A stretch of 48,019 bases of DNA. It comes from Trichinella spiralis. Taxonomy: Eukaryota. The notes beneath the pieces are model-generated. The model was not told the DNA's origin. It saw nothing but the letters and a program-made list of their open reading frames with translations, and did not search any database. Each line of letters opens with the position of its first letter. Position 1 is the first letter of the stretch. Both the position numbers and the translations under genes were made by a program. Where the stretch lies: contig NW_003526940.1 in NCBI RefSeq assembly GCF_000181795.1, positions 3,385,703 to 3,433,721 of the forward strand, in the 5' to 3' direction. Positions 23,636 to 36,479 of the stretch are shown here, piece after piece.

Positions 23636-25385
23636 CGTCATATTGTTCAACTAAATCGTCAAAACTACATGGAGATGTACCAATGTCTTTTAAGATCACC
23701 AGACCGCTGGTACCTACTTGGTATTGCATGCCAAAACTCAGTGAGTGCTAACTGTGAACAGCATTCTGGATAGAATTCCAGAATAGGATTCTGTTCTACC
23801 ATTTTGTAAATGTTCCATCTCGATAGCTGCTGTTATTATGAAAATCGTTGGTATAGATTTCACGTGTTTTCTTTATTGAATTTTAAGCCTGCCAATTTTT
23901 TTCACTTCTGCTATTAATCACCAACTTCTACCAGGTCAAAAATGCACGGCTATTGAAAATTTGATGATCATGTCAAACGTATCAAACACATAATAGAGCT
24001 GCTATGTAATACTTTGGTACTAGGATCGATTTCCTCCAACGAACTGCGCCTACTTTTTCTAATCTAAATTTCATTGGTTGTCAGTCTGATCCGATTAGGT
24101 TGCCTTGAGAATGGACTGCTTAACTATGAATTGCCGAAGCTAACAGGACACGTCGCTGACAGTCACTATGCAAATTCATAAGCAAACACCATTTTTCAAT
24201 TCAATGAAATTTAGTTGCGTGCATCAGAGCAGCAACCAATGACATTTGCTGCGAAAAGTAGGCAGAGTTCATTGGGGGAAATCAGGTCTATCCTAATATT
24301 TTGCCTCATGGTGGAACAAATAAATTCCTTGAAATTTTCAAATCTGACAATTTTATTGAAATTCAACTTCAATTTTACAAGTCTGTAGTATATCATTATG
24401 TTGATGCATTTAGCATCGTGGCAATTGCTGTTATTATAATAATCTTTGATTTAGATTTCACATCTTTCCTTGATTAACTTCTAAATTAGTCAATTACAAA
24501 TAAACTATGTATATACTTTAGAACATGAACATTTTGCGTTCTTGTTCAACCATTGTTGAAAGTCAAAATTTTTTCCTCTGGCTATTTTAAATATTAAAAT
24601 TGCAAATTTGGTCACTTTGTTATCGTCAATTCTAATCAATTTCTTGTTTTTGAACATCTGCCTCAGCACTGACGTTGGCGTTATTTGTGAATAAATTAAA
24701 GTTGTTGACGCTACATTTAGGATTTTCCAGACAAATTCTGAATTTTACCCAGAAGTGTTGTTAAGCTTTAGTGCGTGAAGCAATTGCTGGAAACCTGAAT
24801 CACATCTGAACAACTTGCAAAACGCAAATGCGACAGTTGTAAATTTGCTTAGCTTATCACTTCCGGAAGTATGATTTTATTCTAAAATTTATTCTTTCAC
24901 TGATCACTAAGCTGTTCTTGTACTTTGTGCATTATAACATTCTAATAAAATTGATTGCTTATCGCAAGAACCCTTTGAGGCATAACGTCACATATTTAAT
25001 AATCTGTTTTCAATTATTCCTATGAAATTATTATCGACTTCAAGATAATAGTAATATTTAACAACACAATTATATATGAAAAAATGAAATAATAACATAA
25101 GCAATAATAGATCATCAGGTTGATAAAAACTAGTTTGTATTGTAGACAGTATTTGTTCATCATATACATCGCAATGAATTCTTTACTTTATAGAATTTGA
25201 ATGATTGGTTCTCATAACATTTCAAAAAAAAAGACGACAGTTTCTGGGCAAAGCAGTCCAAAGAAATAAGATATACAACCTGAGAAACTGTGGGAACCAG
25301 AAAGAATATTAAAGATATAAAGGGACGGGGGTCAGACCAAACTCAAAATTACCGGGTAGCTGGGCAAGTTTTTCTNNNNNNNNNN

Positions 25386-25438
25386 GACGGCCCAATAAAA
25401 TAGCGCGGTAAACGACCTATAAGAGAAAAGTGGGACCG
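25386..25438 (+). mobile_element. MULE-family end sequence
   Basis: ggcccaataaaatagcgcgg...agtgggac, as at 32053-32100 and inverted at 1642-1692. Confidence 0.6.
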
Positions 25439-25444
25439 GTCTAA

Positions 25445-26070
25445 ATCAAACCGGCGGTATGATGAAACCCGGGTTATGGTCACCACGAACAGCTGGCAAA
25501 CCACCTTTATGAGCACACACTCTGATATGCTCTGACCCTGATATGAGTATAGAGTCTCCGGTGATTCATAGCGGCAAAAAATACCATTAATCAGTGCCGT
25601 AGCTTCCATGCGCGCCTGCGTGATCAGCAATGAAAACGCCACCGGCAACATCAAGAATAAATCGCTTGAATTGTGATAAATCACACAGGATGTAGTGATT
25701 GCCGTAAGGCGTCTCGTCCATCAGTATCACTACATTCATATCCACTGGTTGAAAGGGGTGACTGACCGGTTGAAGTTGCATAGAGACATGGAGCTTCCTC
25801 AACATAGCTGTGCCCGGAGCGCACGGATCCTATGCAACGCAAAAGTAATTGACGTCATCCCGTTCCTGGGGCAAGTAATACCGCAAGCGCATCTTCACCA
25901 GCGTTTTGCACACACAAAAGGTTAGTAACTGAGAGTGCACTGCAGCTTATGGCAAAAATCTCCGGGATCTTCTGCCTAGGGATAACCTGAAACAGCCCTG
26001 TCTCTCCCGTGTCAGTGAATTTCCACATACGGCATATACTCCTTTCATTAGAAGCTGCCCCGAAACGCCA
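25445..26070 (-). mobile_element. Degenerate Gypsy integrase fragment
   Basis: HPFQPVDMNV...ETPYGNHYIL and IFCRYESPETLYSYQGQ resemble the rve core (PF..GMD, GN.YIL, P..LHSDQG). Confidence 0.75.
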
Positions 26071-26073
26071 TCA

Positions 26074-26722
26074 AGTAAAGTATCAATGTTACAGTGAGTA
26101 TTGAAAAATGTGTAAATAAGTCAAATCAGCTTTGTTGTTTGCATGCCTCATTTTTAGGGAATTTTGTCTGCAAATTGTCAAAACATGTCGTAGTACAGGA
26201 ATTCAAATGCCAGACAATCCAAAAATTTTTGAACAAGCGGGAAGAAATGATAGTGTAGAAATGATATTCAAACGTATTGCTGACAAATGTGACAGAGATG
26301 GCATGAAATGTGATTTGGTGTTTGTTGCGTTGTTTTCATCCGAACAATACGGTAATAATTATTTTGTAGTTTTATGATGAAATTTATATTATTAATGTTG
26401 AATGTATTTTTACCATTTTAAGGTCAAGTGAAATCTTGTGGCAATATCACTTTTGGATTGGTCACTCAGTGTTTATTACCGAAAACAATAAGTGATGTAG
26501 CAGTAAAGAAGAGTTATTCGACGATGTTAAATATTGCGATGAAAATAAATATGAAAATTGGTGGCATCAATGCAAAATTACTGAAAGATGAAGTGTAAGA
26601 TATTGAATTCAAGAATGCGTTTGAAAAAGTTTAAAATGAAAGATTTTTCTTTAGTTTAAATAATTATTTGTATAAAAATAATACATTGGTAATTGGTGTG
26701 GGATGTTGGTTTCATCCATCTG
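26074..26722 (+). pseudogene. Argonaute MID/PIWI-start fragment, copy 3, 5'-truncated at the integrase junction
   Basis: Near-identical to 11314-11956; ends at a gap. Confidence 0.9.
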
Positions 26723-26733
26723 NNNNNNNNNNC

Positions 26734-27386
26734 CCCTGAAAGTTCCCATCCAATTCCCCCAGGTTCGCCTGGTTTCCTTCGTTCTGAGTTAGAACCCGTA
26801 GCCAATACCAATATATGACTGATGCATTTGGCCACAGCAAAAAATTTTCACCGGGCCATTGTTGTCCTGAAGGCGTCAGGAATTTGCTAGTTCCGACGAT
26901 GTTCAGGCAGTTTTAGGTATCGCTTTGACCGATGACTGTACATCGTGGACTTCACCCGCTTGAAAAGCGTAAAATGGCCAGATGCAGATGGCACAGCGGA
27001 CGCGGCGGAAACTTCTTCATCGTAAATGGCGAGGATGGGTTTTGTTTCTTCCGCGATTCGTTTTTTCAAAACCGCCTTTTTTTCCATTCTGTATGCTAAA
27101 TGCACATCCACTGGGCAGCTTTCGATGTGATCCTTCAGCGTGATCACATATGTCACATCAAGGTTTGTCCATATGACACCCTTGCCGCCTTTTTTGCCCT
27201 ATATCAAAGTAACCTAACCCTTAATAACGAAGGACACACACTGTACATTTAGCGCATACTTTTGAGCAAACCCAATGTTTTCTCTGTTTATTATTGTATC
27301 TCAATTCATATATGTCCTTCCTTGAGAAACAAGAACGTACTTCCGCCAGGATTTGAAACAGAACGCAGCTCAGAAATATCAGCCAT
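26734..27386 (-). mobile_element. FLYWCH-MULE transposase pseudogene (near-duplicate of 37120-37761)
   Basis: MADISELR...KHWVCSK/intron/GKGVIWTNLDVTYV...DHIESCPVD; internal stop after PEHRRN. Confidence 0.85.
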
Positions 27387-28399
27387 TGAAAAATGATGAA
27401 CAGAACAGAAAATGATTCAAATAACTCTTGAACGCAAAACACAAAACTCAAACGCAGGACCAAACAAAAATGAATTGGACGGTTTTGAATTCCATTTTTA
27501 ATAACTGTTGCAACAATTAGTTTTCATTCCTAATTTTATCTACAATTGGACATCAACTTGTGATATTCCTTGTGGCACTAATGCCTCTTGTGGATTCTGA
27601 TTAAATAAAATTAATCACATACAATTGGTGCACAAATACTGATATCAAAGAACGGGATGTCCACTGAAGAAAGAATTTGAAGCAGCTTTAACTGCTATTC
27701 TGCTTGGTACTGTTCATCGCTTTCATTCCGTTTTCAAAATGTTTTACTTTCATTTATCTGAGTTCATCAGATAAATTTCGTTTTAACTGGCAATTATATA
27801 AGATTTATGTTTAAGATGCGCTTATCCATTTGTTAGAAATTGCTCTAATACAAAGGGAAAGTCAACAAGTGATAAATTGTCCAATGCTGCTGTTTGAATT
27901 AAAACCAGGACAAGCAACTGCTAATTTTTGTTAGCATTGAAATCCTTTTCTTATTTTGCTTGGCCGATATCTGAAAATGTTTCTCGTTTGCAAACGAATT
28001 TTATCTTTAATCTTACCAATGTTTCTTTTGCTCCTGTTCACCAGAATTATTGTTTTCCTTCGTATATTTTATTTAAATAAAAAATAAAAACCCCCCCCCC
28101 ACTAAAAATCTGCAATATTATTTACCAATCAAAAAAATTTAGTATTATATATTTGGGGAAAATTGTAAACTTTTCTATTTTTTACAACTGAACGAAACCG
28201 ACTTATGCGTTGGGGAGCACTTAAATTGCTATCTGGGTTTCTTTCCCTTTTGCAAACTTTCAACCAACAATTGGGCATATAAAAAGGAGAAGAAAGGACG
28301 TCTTTAAAAAAAGAAGGGCTGAAGAAAAAGAATCCCCAACCCCNNNNNNNNNNACTTAAAATTATATCTTTATCATTTATTTTGTTTGTTATTGCCTTT

Positions 28400-29050
28400 T
28401 TGTGTATCTTTATATTCTGCGATGTGCTTTTCATATCTATTAATGTTGTGTTATGTTTGCTTATACTGAGTTGATTTATTGCGAGAATGGATTCGACTGT
28501 TGTATTAGTGTTGGTCTGTTGTTAGCTTCCTATTTGTTTGTTCCTCAGTTCGATGAGGCTATCTTGCTTTGATTCCTGAGCTTACACCTGGCACAGCTGA
28601 TTATGGAAGCTATTTGGAAAACAGATCATGTGGATCTGTAATCTCGCTATGTTTCTCTATTATTTAATTGTTCATATTTTTACGAATGCATTCACGGTAT
28701 TTACAAAAAATCTTTGAATATCGCAATGCTGAATTTGTTCATGGTATCAAATGTCGATCAATACCACGTCTCACCATGACACCTTGAAGGAATTTAGGTT
28801 TGCGCCTACGAATAAAGCTCTTCGAACTATAACTAATGAAATTTTAACCGGCGTGAATACATATAAAATTTATGGCCAATCAAATGTCGAGCGGCATGCC
28901 TTTGAAGAATACTCGGGGAGTACACCAATGACAAAACTTCAAACAGACACAATAAATTTTGGAATAATATTTCTATTTTTTATGTTACGTCAAACTATTA
29001 AAGGTTACGTAATCCAAAATGGAATATTTGAACTAATGAAATGAAAAAAT
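28400..29050 (+). repeat. Non-coding repeat homologous to 45900-46515
   Basis: Shared block gccaatcaaatgtcgagcggcatgcctttgaagaatactcggggagta...acaaaacttcaaacagacacaataaa. Confidence 0.7.
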
Positions 29051-29172
29051 GTTGCAGCGTCGTGAGTAGTGGTGTGCTTGTCATTCTGTATTCTTTTTTG
29101 TTGCTTTCCCAATTTTGACCTTTTAAACTTTGCATTATTCTGTTTCTATTACTTTTGAGTGAATATTTGTAT

Positions 29173-29310
29173 TGTGACGACGGTGGATTATAATTGTACC
29201 TGCACATCCTGCCGACATTTTTGTAGGACATCAACAGTAGGAGATACCAAGTCTGAAGCCGGTGATTGTGTGTGGTGCGGCTGTTATTCCGTTTTTGTTA
29301 TATCGTCATT
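29173..29310 (+). mobile_element. Truncated LTR of the 21560 Gypsy family
   Basis: tgtgacg...aattgtacctgca...catttttgtaggacatc.acagtagg...agccggtgat...ggtgcggctgttattccgt aligns to 21560-21695. Confidence 0.8.
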
Positions 29311-30537
29311 CAACCGTCAATTCTATTTTTCATTTATTTCACTTCTCAATGCTTATCATTAGCTTGTGCTATTTTCCGTATCCTAGGTTTGAGATGTGAT
29401 ATCGTATGATGAGAATAAATAATAATGAATTTCAGTTTGTATCTCAAAGAACCAACATAAGCCAATACACAAAGGGAGATGCCACACGCTCAAGTGCACA
29501 AATCATAATGATAAATACGGGTTGTAAATAAACATACAAACAATGGCTTAATGTAGCACATTATTATTGTAATATTACAGCTAATCCATTTTTTCAACAT
29601 AACGATTAGTTGGTTGCCGTGGAACAGTGTCTACAAGTTTAGAAATAAACTTTTTCCACGTTATTGTTGTATTGCCCATCTTGCCCATGGTATATATTGT
29701 AATAAAGTTCTGATTTGCTTGTTGTTGTGAAATGGAAATTTCTGTACTATACATTTGCTTAGTTCTGAAGCGCTTATATCGAATAGCAGAAAAGTTTCTG
29801 CGAAAACAGTGTGTTGATCAGCATAGATGTGAAGAAGTAAAATGCGAAAGCAAACTTAAAAGAATAAAATTAAGCGATAAGATAATCTTTTGTTAACAGT
29901 GAAATTCAAAACGCAAAAGCTTTTTAAAAGCATCATTTGCAAAGTCTAAAAACAAATATACACATTTCCAGGTTATAACTAAAAGCTTTTTCTTTAAAAC
30001 ATAGTAAATGCTTTTTATGTCCATATAAGGTATTTTAATAGTAATGCACCCATATTTGGCAAAGATTTGATAAACAACAATCATCCAATCCTAGATCATA
30101 GCTGAATATCTAATCAAATGGCACAGTTATTCACTCAATCGCTAATCTGAATAATTAGCTAATAAAATAGCAGAAGTTAGTAGGCAATTACCGAACAATA
30201 CCCATACAACCAATCAGCGATCCACCAATCACAAAAATGGGTCGAATTATTGCGGATGTGGACACCAAACCTTCAGTGGACATCGCATATTTTGATGTAA
30301 GCATTTGTGCGCCATTTGTTTGTGATTAATAATCTTCTGTCAACATCAATGAAAGGCATTGGTACCACAAGGAATATCTGAAGTTGATCTTCGATTGTTG
30401 ATAAAATGAGAAATGAAAACTAAATGTTACAAAACGGTTGTTTAAAATGAAATTCAAATTATTTCTGTTTGGTGTTGGGTTTGCGTTCAGTGCTTTTCGT
30501 TCCAGAGTTATTCGAATCATTTTGTATTCTGTTTCTT

Positions 30538-32100
30538 ATGACTGATGATTCTGACTTACACGTTGTTCCAAATTGTTGCGGTGGCATGTCCCTTGTTTAT
30601 GAAGGCATGGCATACAAATTAAAATGTGCAGGCATATAGAAATATTGGAGATGCTCAAAAGTATGTGCTAAATGTACGCTTTGTTTCCTTAGTTATTAAG
30701 GATTAGTTTATTTTTGTAAAGGATAAAAAAGGCTGCAGTGGTGCCATATGGACCAACCTTGATGTGACATCGGTGATGAAGCGAAATGATCACATCAAAA
30801 GCTGCCCGGTGGATGAGCACTTGGCATACAAAATGGAAAAGAAGGCGCTTTTGAAAAAGCGAAGAGCGGAAGAAACAAAGCCAATGCCGGCCATTTATGA
30901 TGAGGAAGTTTCCGCCGCGTCCGCTGAGCCATCCACATCTGGCCACTTTTCGCTCTTTAAACGGGTAAAATCCACGATGTACAGCCACCGGGCAAAGCTA
31001 TACCCAAAACTGCCCAGTCATCGTCGGGACCTGCAAATCCCTGTCTCGTTCAGGACAACGTAGGCCGGTGAAGATTTTTTATTGTGGTAGTGTGCGTCAA
31101 AGCATATCCTGATCTTTTCGACGGCCGATAAAATTAGACTACTGGCAGCCATGAAAACTTGGGCCATGCATTGAGGTTGTACGACAGTGGTATCAACAAC
31201 TGTTTACCATCCATGCCTTTGTGGCGGGTAAGCTGGTGCCAGAAGTCTACCGTTTATGTACGGGTAAAGATATTGGAACATACGGATTTATATTTCAAGC
31301 TTTACTAAACAAAGTGGCAGCCCTCGGGGTCAATCTCAATCCAAAAACAATAATTTGTGATTTTGAAACAGCCCTGATACCCGTGATTCAGTGCTACATA
31401 CCGAATACGCGGGTACAGGGCTGCTACTTCCACTTCTGCCAGGCGGTTCATAGGAAAGTCGGTGAGCTGGGATTGAAAACACGATATAGAACAGAAGAAG
31501 AAACAAGGTAGAAGATAAGAATGCTCCTGGCCACCGCTTATTTATATTAGTTTTTTATTTCATTGTATTGTATTATTTAGTTTTTTTCTTTTTCGTTGTT
31601 TCCACTTTGTTAGTGATGTTCACTGTTGTATTTTATTGTTGTTGTTGGTGCTGTTGGCTAGTAAAAAATAAAAATTACTATTTAACTTATTTTTTGTATT
31701 GGTTCTTCTGAATTGTTTCTATCGCATTTGGTATAACGTCACTTTTGTACAATAAAATAGAGAATAATGATAAAAATTATTTTCGGGAATGCTGATCATG
31801 AAAAAGTATGAACTTCACCACAAATAGTATATTTAAATAAACAAAATTTCAGTGAATGACGAAACTACAAACAAAATAAAATTTTGGAATAATAAATATT
31901 TCTATTATTATTACGTCACTACTATTAAAGTTACGTAATCTTAAAAGAAATATTTGAACCAATGAAATGAAAAAAATTACAGCTAATCACAAGAGAAAGA
32001 TTTGAATCAATGAGCAATTACACAAGGAAAACTAATAAGACAACGACTTGCCGGCCCAATAAAATAGCGCGGCCAACGACCAATAAGTGACCAGTGGGAC
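30538..32100 (+). mobile_element. FLYWCH-MULE (Mutator-like) transposase pseudogene plus 3' end
   Basis: LVYEGMAYKL...YWRCSK/intron/GCSGAIWTNLD...H (FLYWCH); IICDFETAL and QGCYFHFCQA (MULE D and CxxH); several stops. Confidence 0.9.
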
Positions 32101-34689
32101 TGGGCTGGACCATCCTATGCGATCCATTCGAAAGATGCAGCTATAATAGTGTTACGGATTGGAGCCGCCTGATTTTCAAGAATCTACAGTAAGGAAGGAT
32201 ATTTTTAGAAAGTGCTGTTGGCTAACTTAGTGTTGCATTTTGTATATTCCTTGCGTTTGTATTCGCTGTTGTTTGTACAGTTTTTTTAACTGAATAAAAC
32301 GTTAGTCGGTTAAATAAAAATACTGAATTTGCTATAAATGAAAAAATTTAACTGCTGACAGGTGCCGGCGAATCAGCTTCGGTTTCTATTATATTCCACC
32401 CTATGGCATATTATTCCTCTACGTCGTACGATCACGTCTGCTCGATGACATTTCCAATGGAATATTCGTTTAATCAGATCATCACTGATCAATAAATCAC
32501 AACAGTTTAGTAATGAGAGTTATTAAGTTTGATCACTGTGCACGCATGAAAAAATTGCAATTATTATCATAATCAATGATGCTCATAGAAATGTATATCA
32601 TTTACAGGGTAAAGAAAAAAAAATAAATTTCAACGTTCAAAAAAATACCATCGTACAATATTTCAAATTTTGGCAATCACTGTTGCATGTCAACTTAAGC
32701 AAATCACTCACTAGGTCATATTGTTATTAATCAAATAATAATAAGTTATTGGGCCAAATGAAGCCCATTCTGAACGGATCGTTTCAAAATGTTCATACTT
32801 AAAGTAGCTCTGATAGTCTCGCTTGATGCGTACGACAGGCGCATGATATCCTCTATGCGCAACAACCAGAATATGGAAAACCAAATTCCCCAGTTGCATC
32901 TGAAGGCATCATCTAGTTCTAGATGCTGTATTTCTTCGGTCGGCAACATTTTTTGACCATAAAAGAGAAAAAAACAAAATTCATAAAAAGTATAATTTCA
33001 CGAAACTGATTTGCGTTGAAAACGGCACGATTTGAACTAGATGATTTGAGAGGTTGAAAACGACGAGCATATGCACTTGAATTAGAAATATTAGAAATGA
33101 AAAAATATTTAGCTGATTGAAAAACAACAACACCAAAAGATACATCGGCGTCGTCAATTACAATTGAACAACCATATCTGGTCAATGACTTGATGTCATG
33201 CTAATGGATTTTTTTCAAAAATAAAAAACTACTTTTCAATATGCTTTTTGGAATTGAAAAATATGTTTAAAAATCATCTTTATTAGAAACTGAAAAAAAT
33301 TAATTCTGTTAAAAATAAATTTAATAATTTACCGTGGTGATCGGTTGTTTTCATGAGAGAAATGAATGTGCCGGGCTTCTACTAAAGTCAGATTTCTTCA
33401 TTTTTTGCTGCCTCTGTTGTCGTAGATGGCGTCTTGGGCATTGTACAATAAATGCACCATAGAACTGAACGTCAGGAATACCAACCTTAAAAAGTGTATA
33501 ATAAAATGAGCAACCCACGAGCAGGAGTTTTACAAACTAACGCACACACATGCAAGTACACTCACCAACAAATTGTCTTCATGTTCATGATGCAGGTCAT
33601 ACCGGTCGATAACCAATGGACGCCGCCACATGATGGACGCTTGAACAGCTCGATGGTGAGAGCAGGCGCACCAATTGATGCATCCATTCAGTTCCCGCGA
33701 CTAATCGATGGAGAGTAGCGTGTTAGCCGTTTGACTCTAACCGACAGCTGCGCCTTTTTTTGTTGTGAAGCAGAGCTGGAACATGCTGGTTTTCGTTACA
33801 ATAGTGACAGGGAAAGGTGAGTCGACCGGTGGTTTCGTCTCCGTAGTCATATTGTACATACGGCTGCTGCCGTTCCTGCTGTCCCTTGTTTCCTAGTTCG
33901 CGTTTTACCGATGAAATTCTCTTATTAAAAATGGACAAAAATACAATACTGATTTGGAAATACCAACAAGGATCCCTATTGATCCGTCACAGTATATGCC
34001 AACAACCACCTTTAACACTGCCACACTGCAGGCCCAACCCAGGCTACCGTATCCTTCCATGATCTTCAAGTATTTATCTGCTTACGGTAACTTCATTTTT
34101 CTTCCTTATCGTGCTCTACAGTTATTGCCACGCTTTTGCCTGCGTCCGCTACTCTACTTCCCTGGTCATGCAGCGCACGTCCGCTGCTCACCGTCCCCTG
34201 TGCAAATAAAAAATATCGCAACCACGCTGATCAACGCGTACTTCTCTTATTTCGCCCTACTTCCCACGTCTCAGCGTTCTGCTGCCATTCGGGGAATAGT
34301 TTCAGGCGGTGGAAATGGACTACCATATGGTCCCTTCCCTTACAGACCTTGTTTAGCATGTACTTACTGCAGTCCAACAAAGATACACAGACAACACACG
34401 CGTCAAAAAAATTGCTATTACCGCAACTTTACACCCACGCTGTTACTGAAAACCTTCCTACTGTAGATTCTTTATATTCATGTTTTTATGTTCTGTTGGA
34501 ATTTGTAACATCCTCCCCTCACGATGGAGGAACTCCATCTACTATTGCAAATTCCAACAGTCGCAATTTCTTTGTCAGTCATATTATCTCACCAATTGCT
34601 ACCTTCAACCGTACTGATCTCGCTATTCAATCTGTAAGAACCGTAGGAGAGTTCTGAACGCATGTGATGCTTAAGTACAATTTGCCAGA

Positions 34690-34900
34690 CGTTCATTCAT
34701 CAGGCAAATGAGAGTGGACTGTATGGTTTAGATTCTCCTTGGCCAACTGAATGTGGGTAGTCAAGAAGAAGGTCGCATAAGGTAAAAATGTAAGCAGATC
34801 AAAACACACAAACGAAAATACGTTCGTTTTATTGGACTACGAATAATCAGATGAACACACTCCATCGACAGCAGCGAACCGAGAATCAGTAGATACAACA
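34690..34900 (-). mobile_element. Highly decayed Gypsy integrase remnant
   Basis: SMECVH..DY (cf. PWERVHIDY) and DYPHSVGQGE (cf. YHPQSNGQAE) across frameshifts. Confidence 0.4.
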
Positions 34901-35729
34901 GGACCAAATGACAGCATGAGAATCGATGGTTACGCAAACGACAGTGAGTTCGAATAACTTCGACAACTTCCACGGATCTTTTTTTTCGCGGCACGCGTTT
35001 GTAGCCAAATATATAGAGCTCGGGCAGCCAATGAACGGCTCGCTCAAAGCAGGTGAGCTGGCTATCTATGGAGCTGATCTAAATCACCGTCGACTTATGG
35101 TTTAGCTGTTATGCATTCGGCCTGTTTGATCTATCGATGGTCATTTGGCGTGCTCATCCATCTGGCGGCTTCTTCAAATACTTTATTGACGAGCAACTGG
35201 CGCAATGGCGTAAACAGCCGTTGTCAGGCGCGCAACGGTCATCGGTGAACGTCAGCGCAAGGAGTCTCTCCGACCCCGCCCAGGGGCCGCTAGACGCCGA
35301 GATAACGATCTGTACAACGGTGCGCGGATATTGCTCTTCCTCCGTCCGCGGCCGTTGGGCACCAGTAGCGCGGGTGGGGTCACGCCGACGGGGTCGTTGA
35401 CGTTCCGTACGGAACACCATCTCTTCCATAGAATAGTTCTAATACGCGTCCCATCATCCAACGACGTTTATTCAAGTTGTCCTCCTCTTTTAGAATGATG
35501 TCAAATACCTTCGGTTCTATACCATCACTACTCCACTTCGGTCGAGTGCAAAACGTAACTGTAACGAGCCGCTCTCCCGGGCGGGCTCGTTGCGCGCCTC
35601 ACCAGGGTTGCCGCCAAGGTCATTATTAAATGACGACACGCCGGTGTCGATCTGCGGGTTCGTCTCGGCGTCTGTATCGTCCCTCCGGTTACTACCGGCC
35701 CTGCCGCCCCTTTTAGCTAATTCACGCTT

Positions 35730-35979
35730 TGTTGGTAACATACTCGCACACAAAGTAGCAGAACAGGAATACAATATTTATTCGCAATCACAACAGCAAC
35801 CACCACCGTAAAGCGCAATGCAACAACTTACGCTCCACACTGCTAATCATAATCCGTTCCACCGTACTCCTTCCTGATCTTCAAGTACCGGTCGGCTTAC
35901 GGTAGCTGTGTTCTTCTTCCTCATCTTCGTTATCTTGAGAAGCACAGCAGTTGTTAGCTGTCGGTCTGCGTCTGCTACA
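35730..35979 (-). mobile_element. Probable LTR; partial diverged copy near 34045-34110
   Basis: Minus strand TGTAGC...AATAAA...CCAACA; no TSD found. Confidence 0.4.
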
Positions 35980-36028
35980 TAACTATATACTCTGATCTCT
36001 ATCATTTCCAGAAGTAGGGATCAGTTTC

Positions 36029-36400
36029 TGTAATGTATTGTGATCCTATGTGATCAAAATATCTACAAAAAGAACCCGCAGAAACATATTACAGTAGTTT
36101 CACGTCACCAGTGTCCGCGTTCGCTCAGTGTGCATTGTTTCCCTATGTGTGCGTTATCTGTGTGTGTAATCTCGTGTGCGTTATACATTAGCTTGGTATT
36201 GTGTTGTCATTATAAGTAAAGTCTCTGTATATATTAACCATTTCACATACCTAACAATTGGCGATGAGGATGGGAAACATTAAAAAGGTGCGTTATGATC
36301 CGTGTGACTACTGATGAACATGTTGGGCAACATCGAAGAGTTTGATATCTCTAAGCCAAAAGAATGGACGGCATACGCTCCTGTTTGATTTTCATCTTAG
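36029..36400 (+). mobile_element. Gypsy 5' remnant: LTR, PBS, gag start
   Basis: ...CCTAACA-AT-TGGCGATGAGGATGGG (36259-36274, tRNA-Leu-like PBS), then MLGNIEEFDISKPKEWTAY. Confidence 0.7.
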
Positions 36401-36479
36401 AGGGGTTTAGTCTACTCAGTGACAAATTCTCACCGCCTTTTCTTACTGGTCTTTGAACTCGCTATTTCATTGGACCTTC

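Noticed and set aside
22193..23650. Long minus-strand and alternate-frame ORFs
   Set aside because: Shadows of the GC-rich Gypsy coding region.
26734..28343. Duplication of 37120-38693 as a biological event
   Set aside because: Near-identical, gap-bounded and degraded at both ends; likely an assembly or haplotype duplicate.
32700..34660. Several 60-170-aa ORFs, including CHYCNENQH
   Set aside because: No consistent exon chain or domain; probably decayed retroelement sequence.
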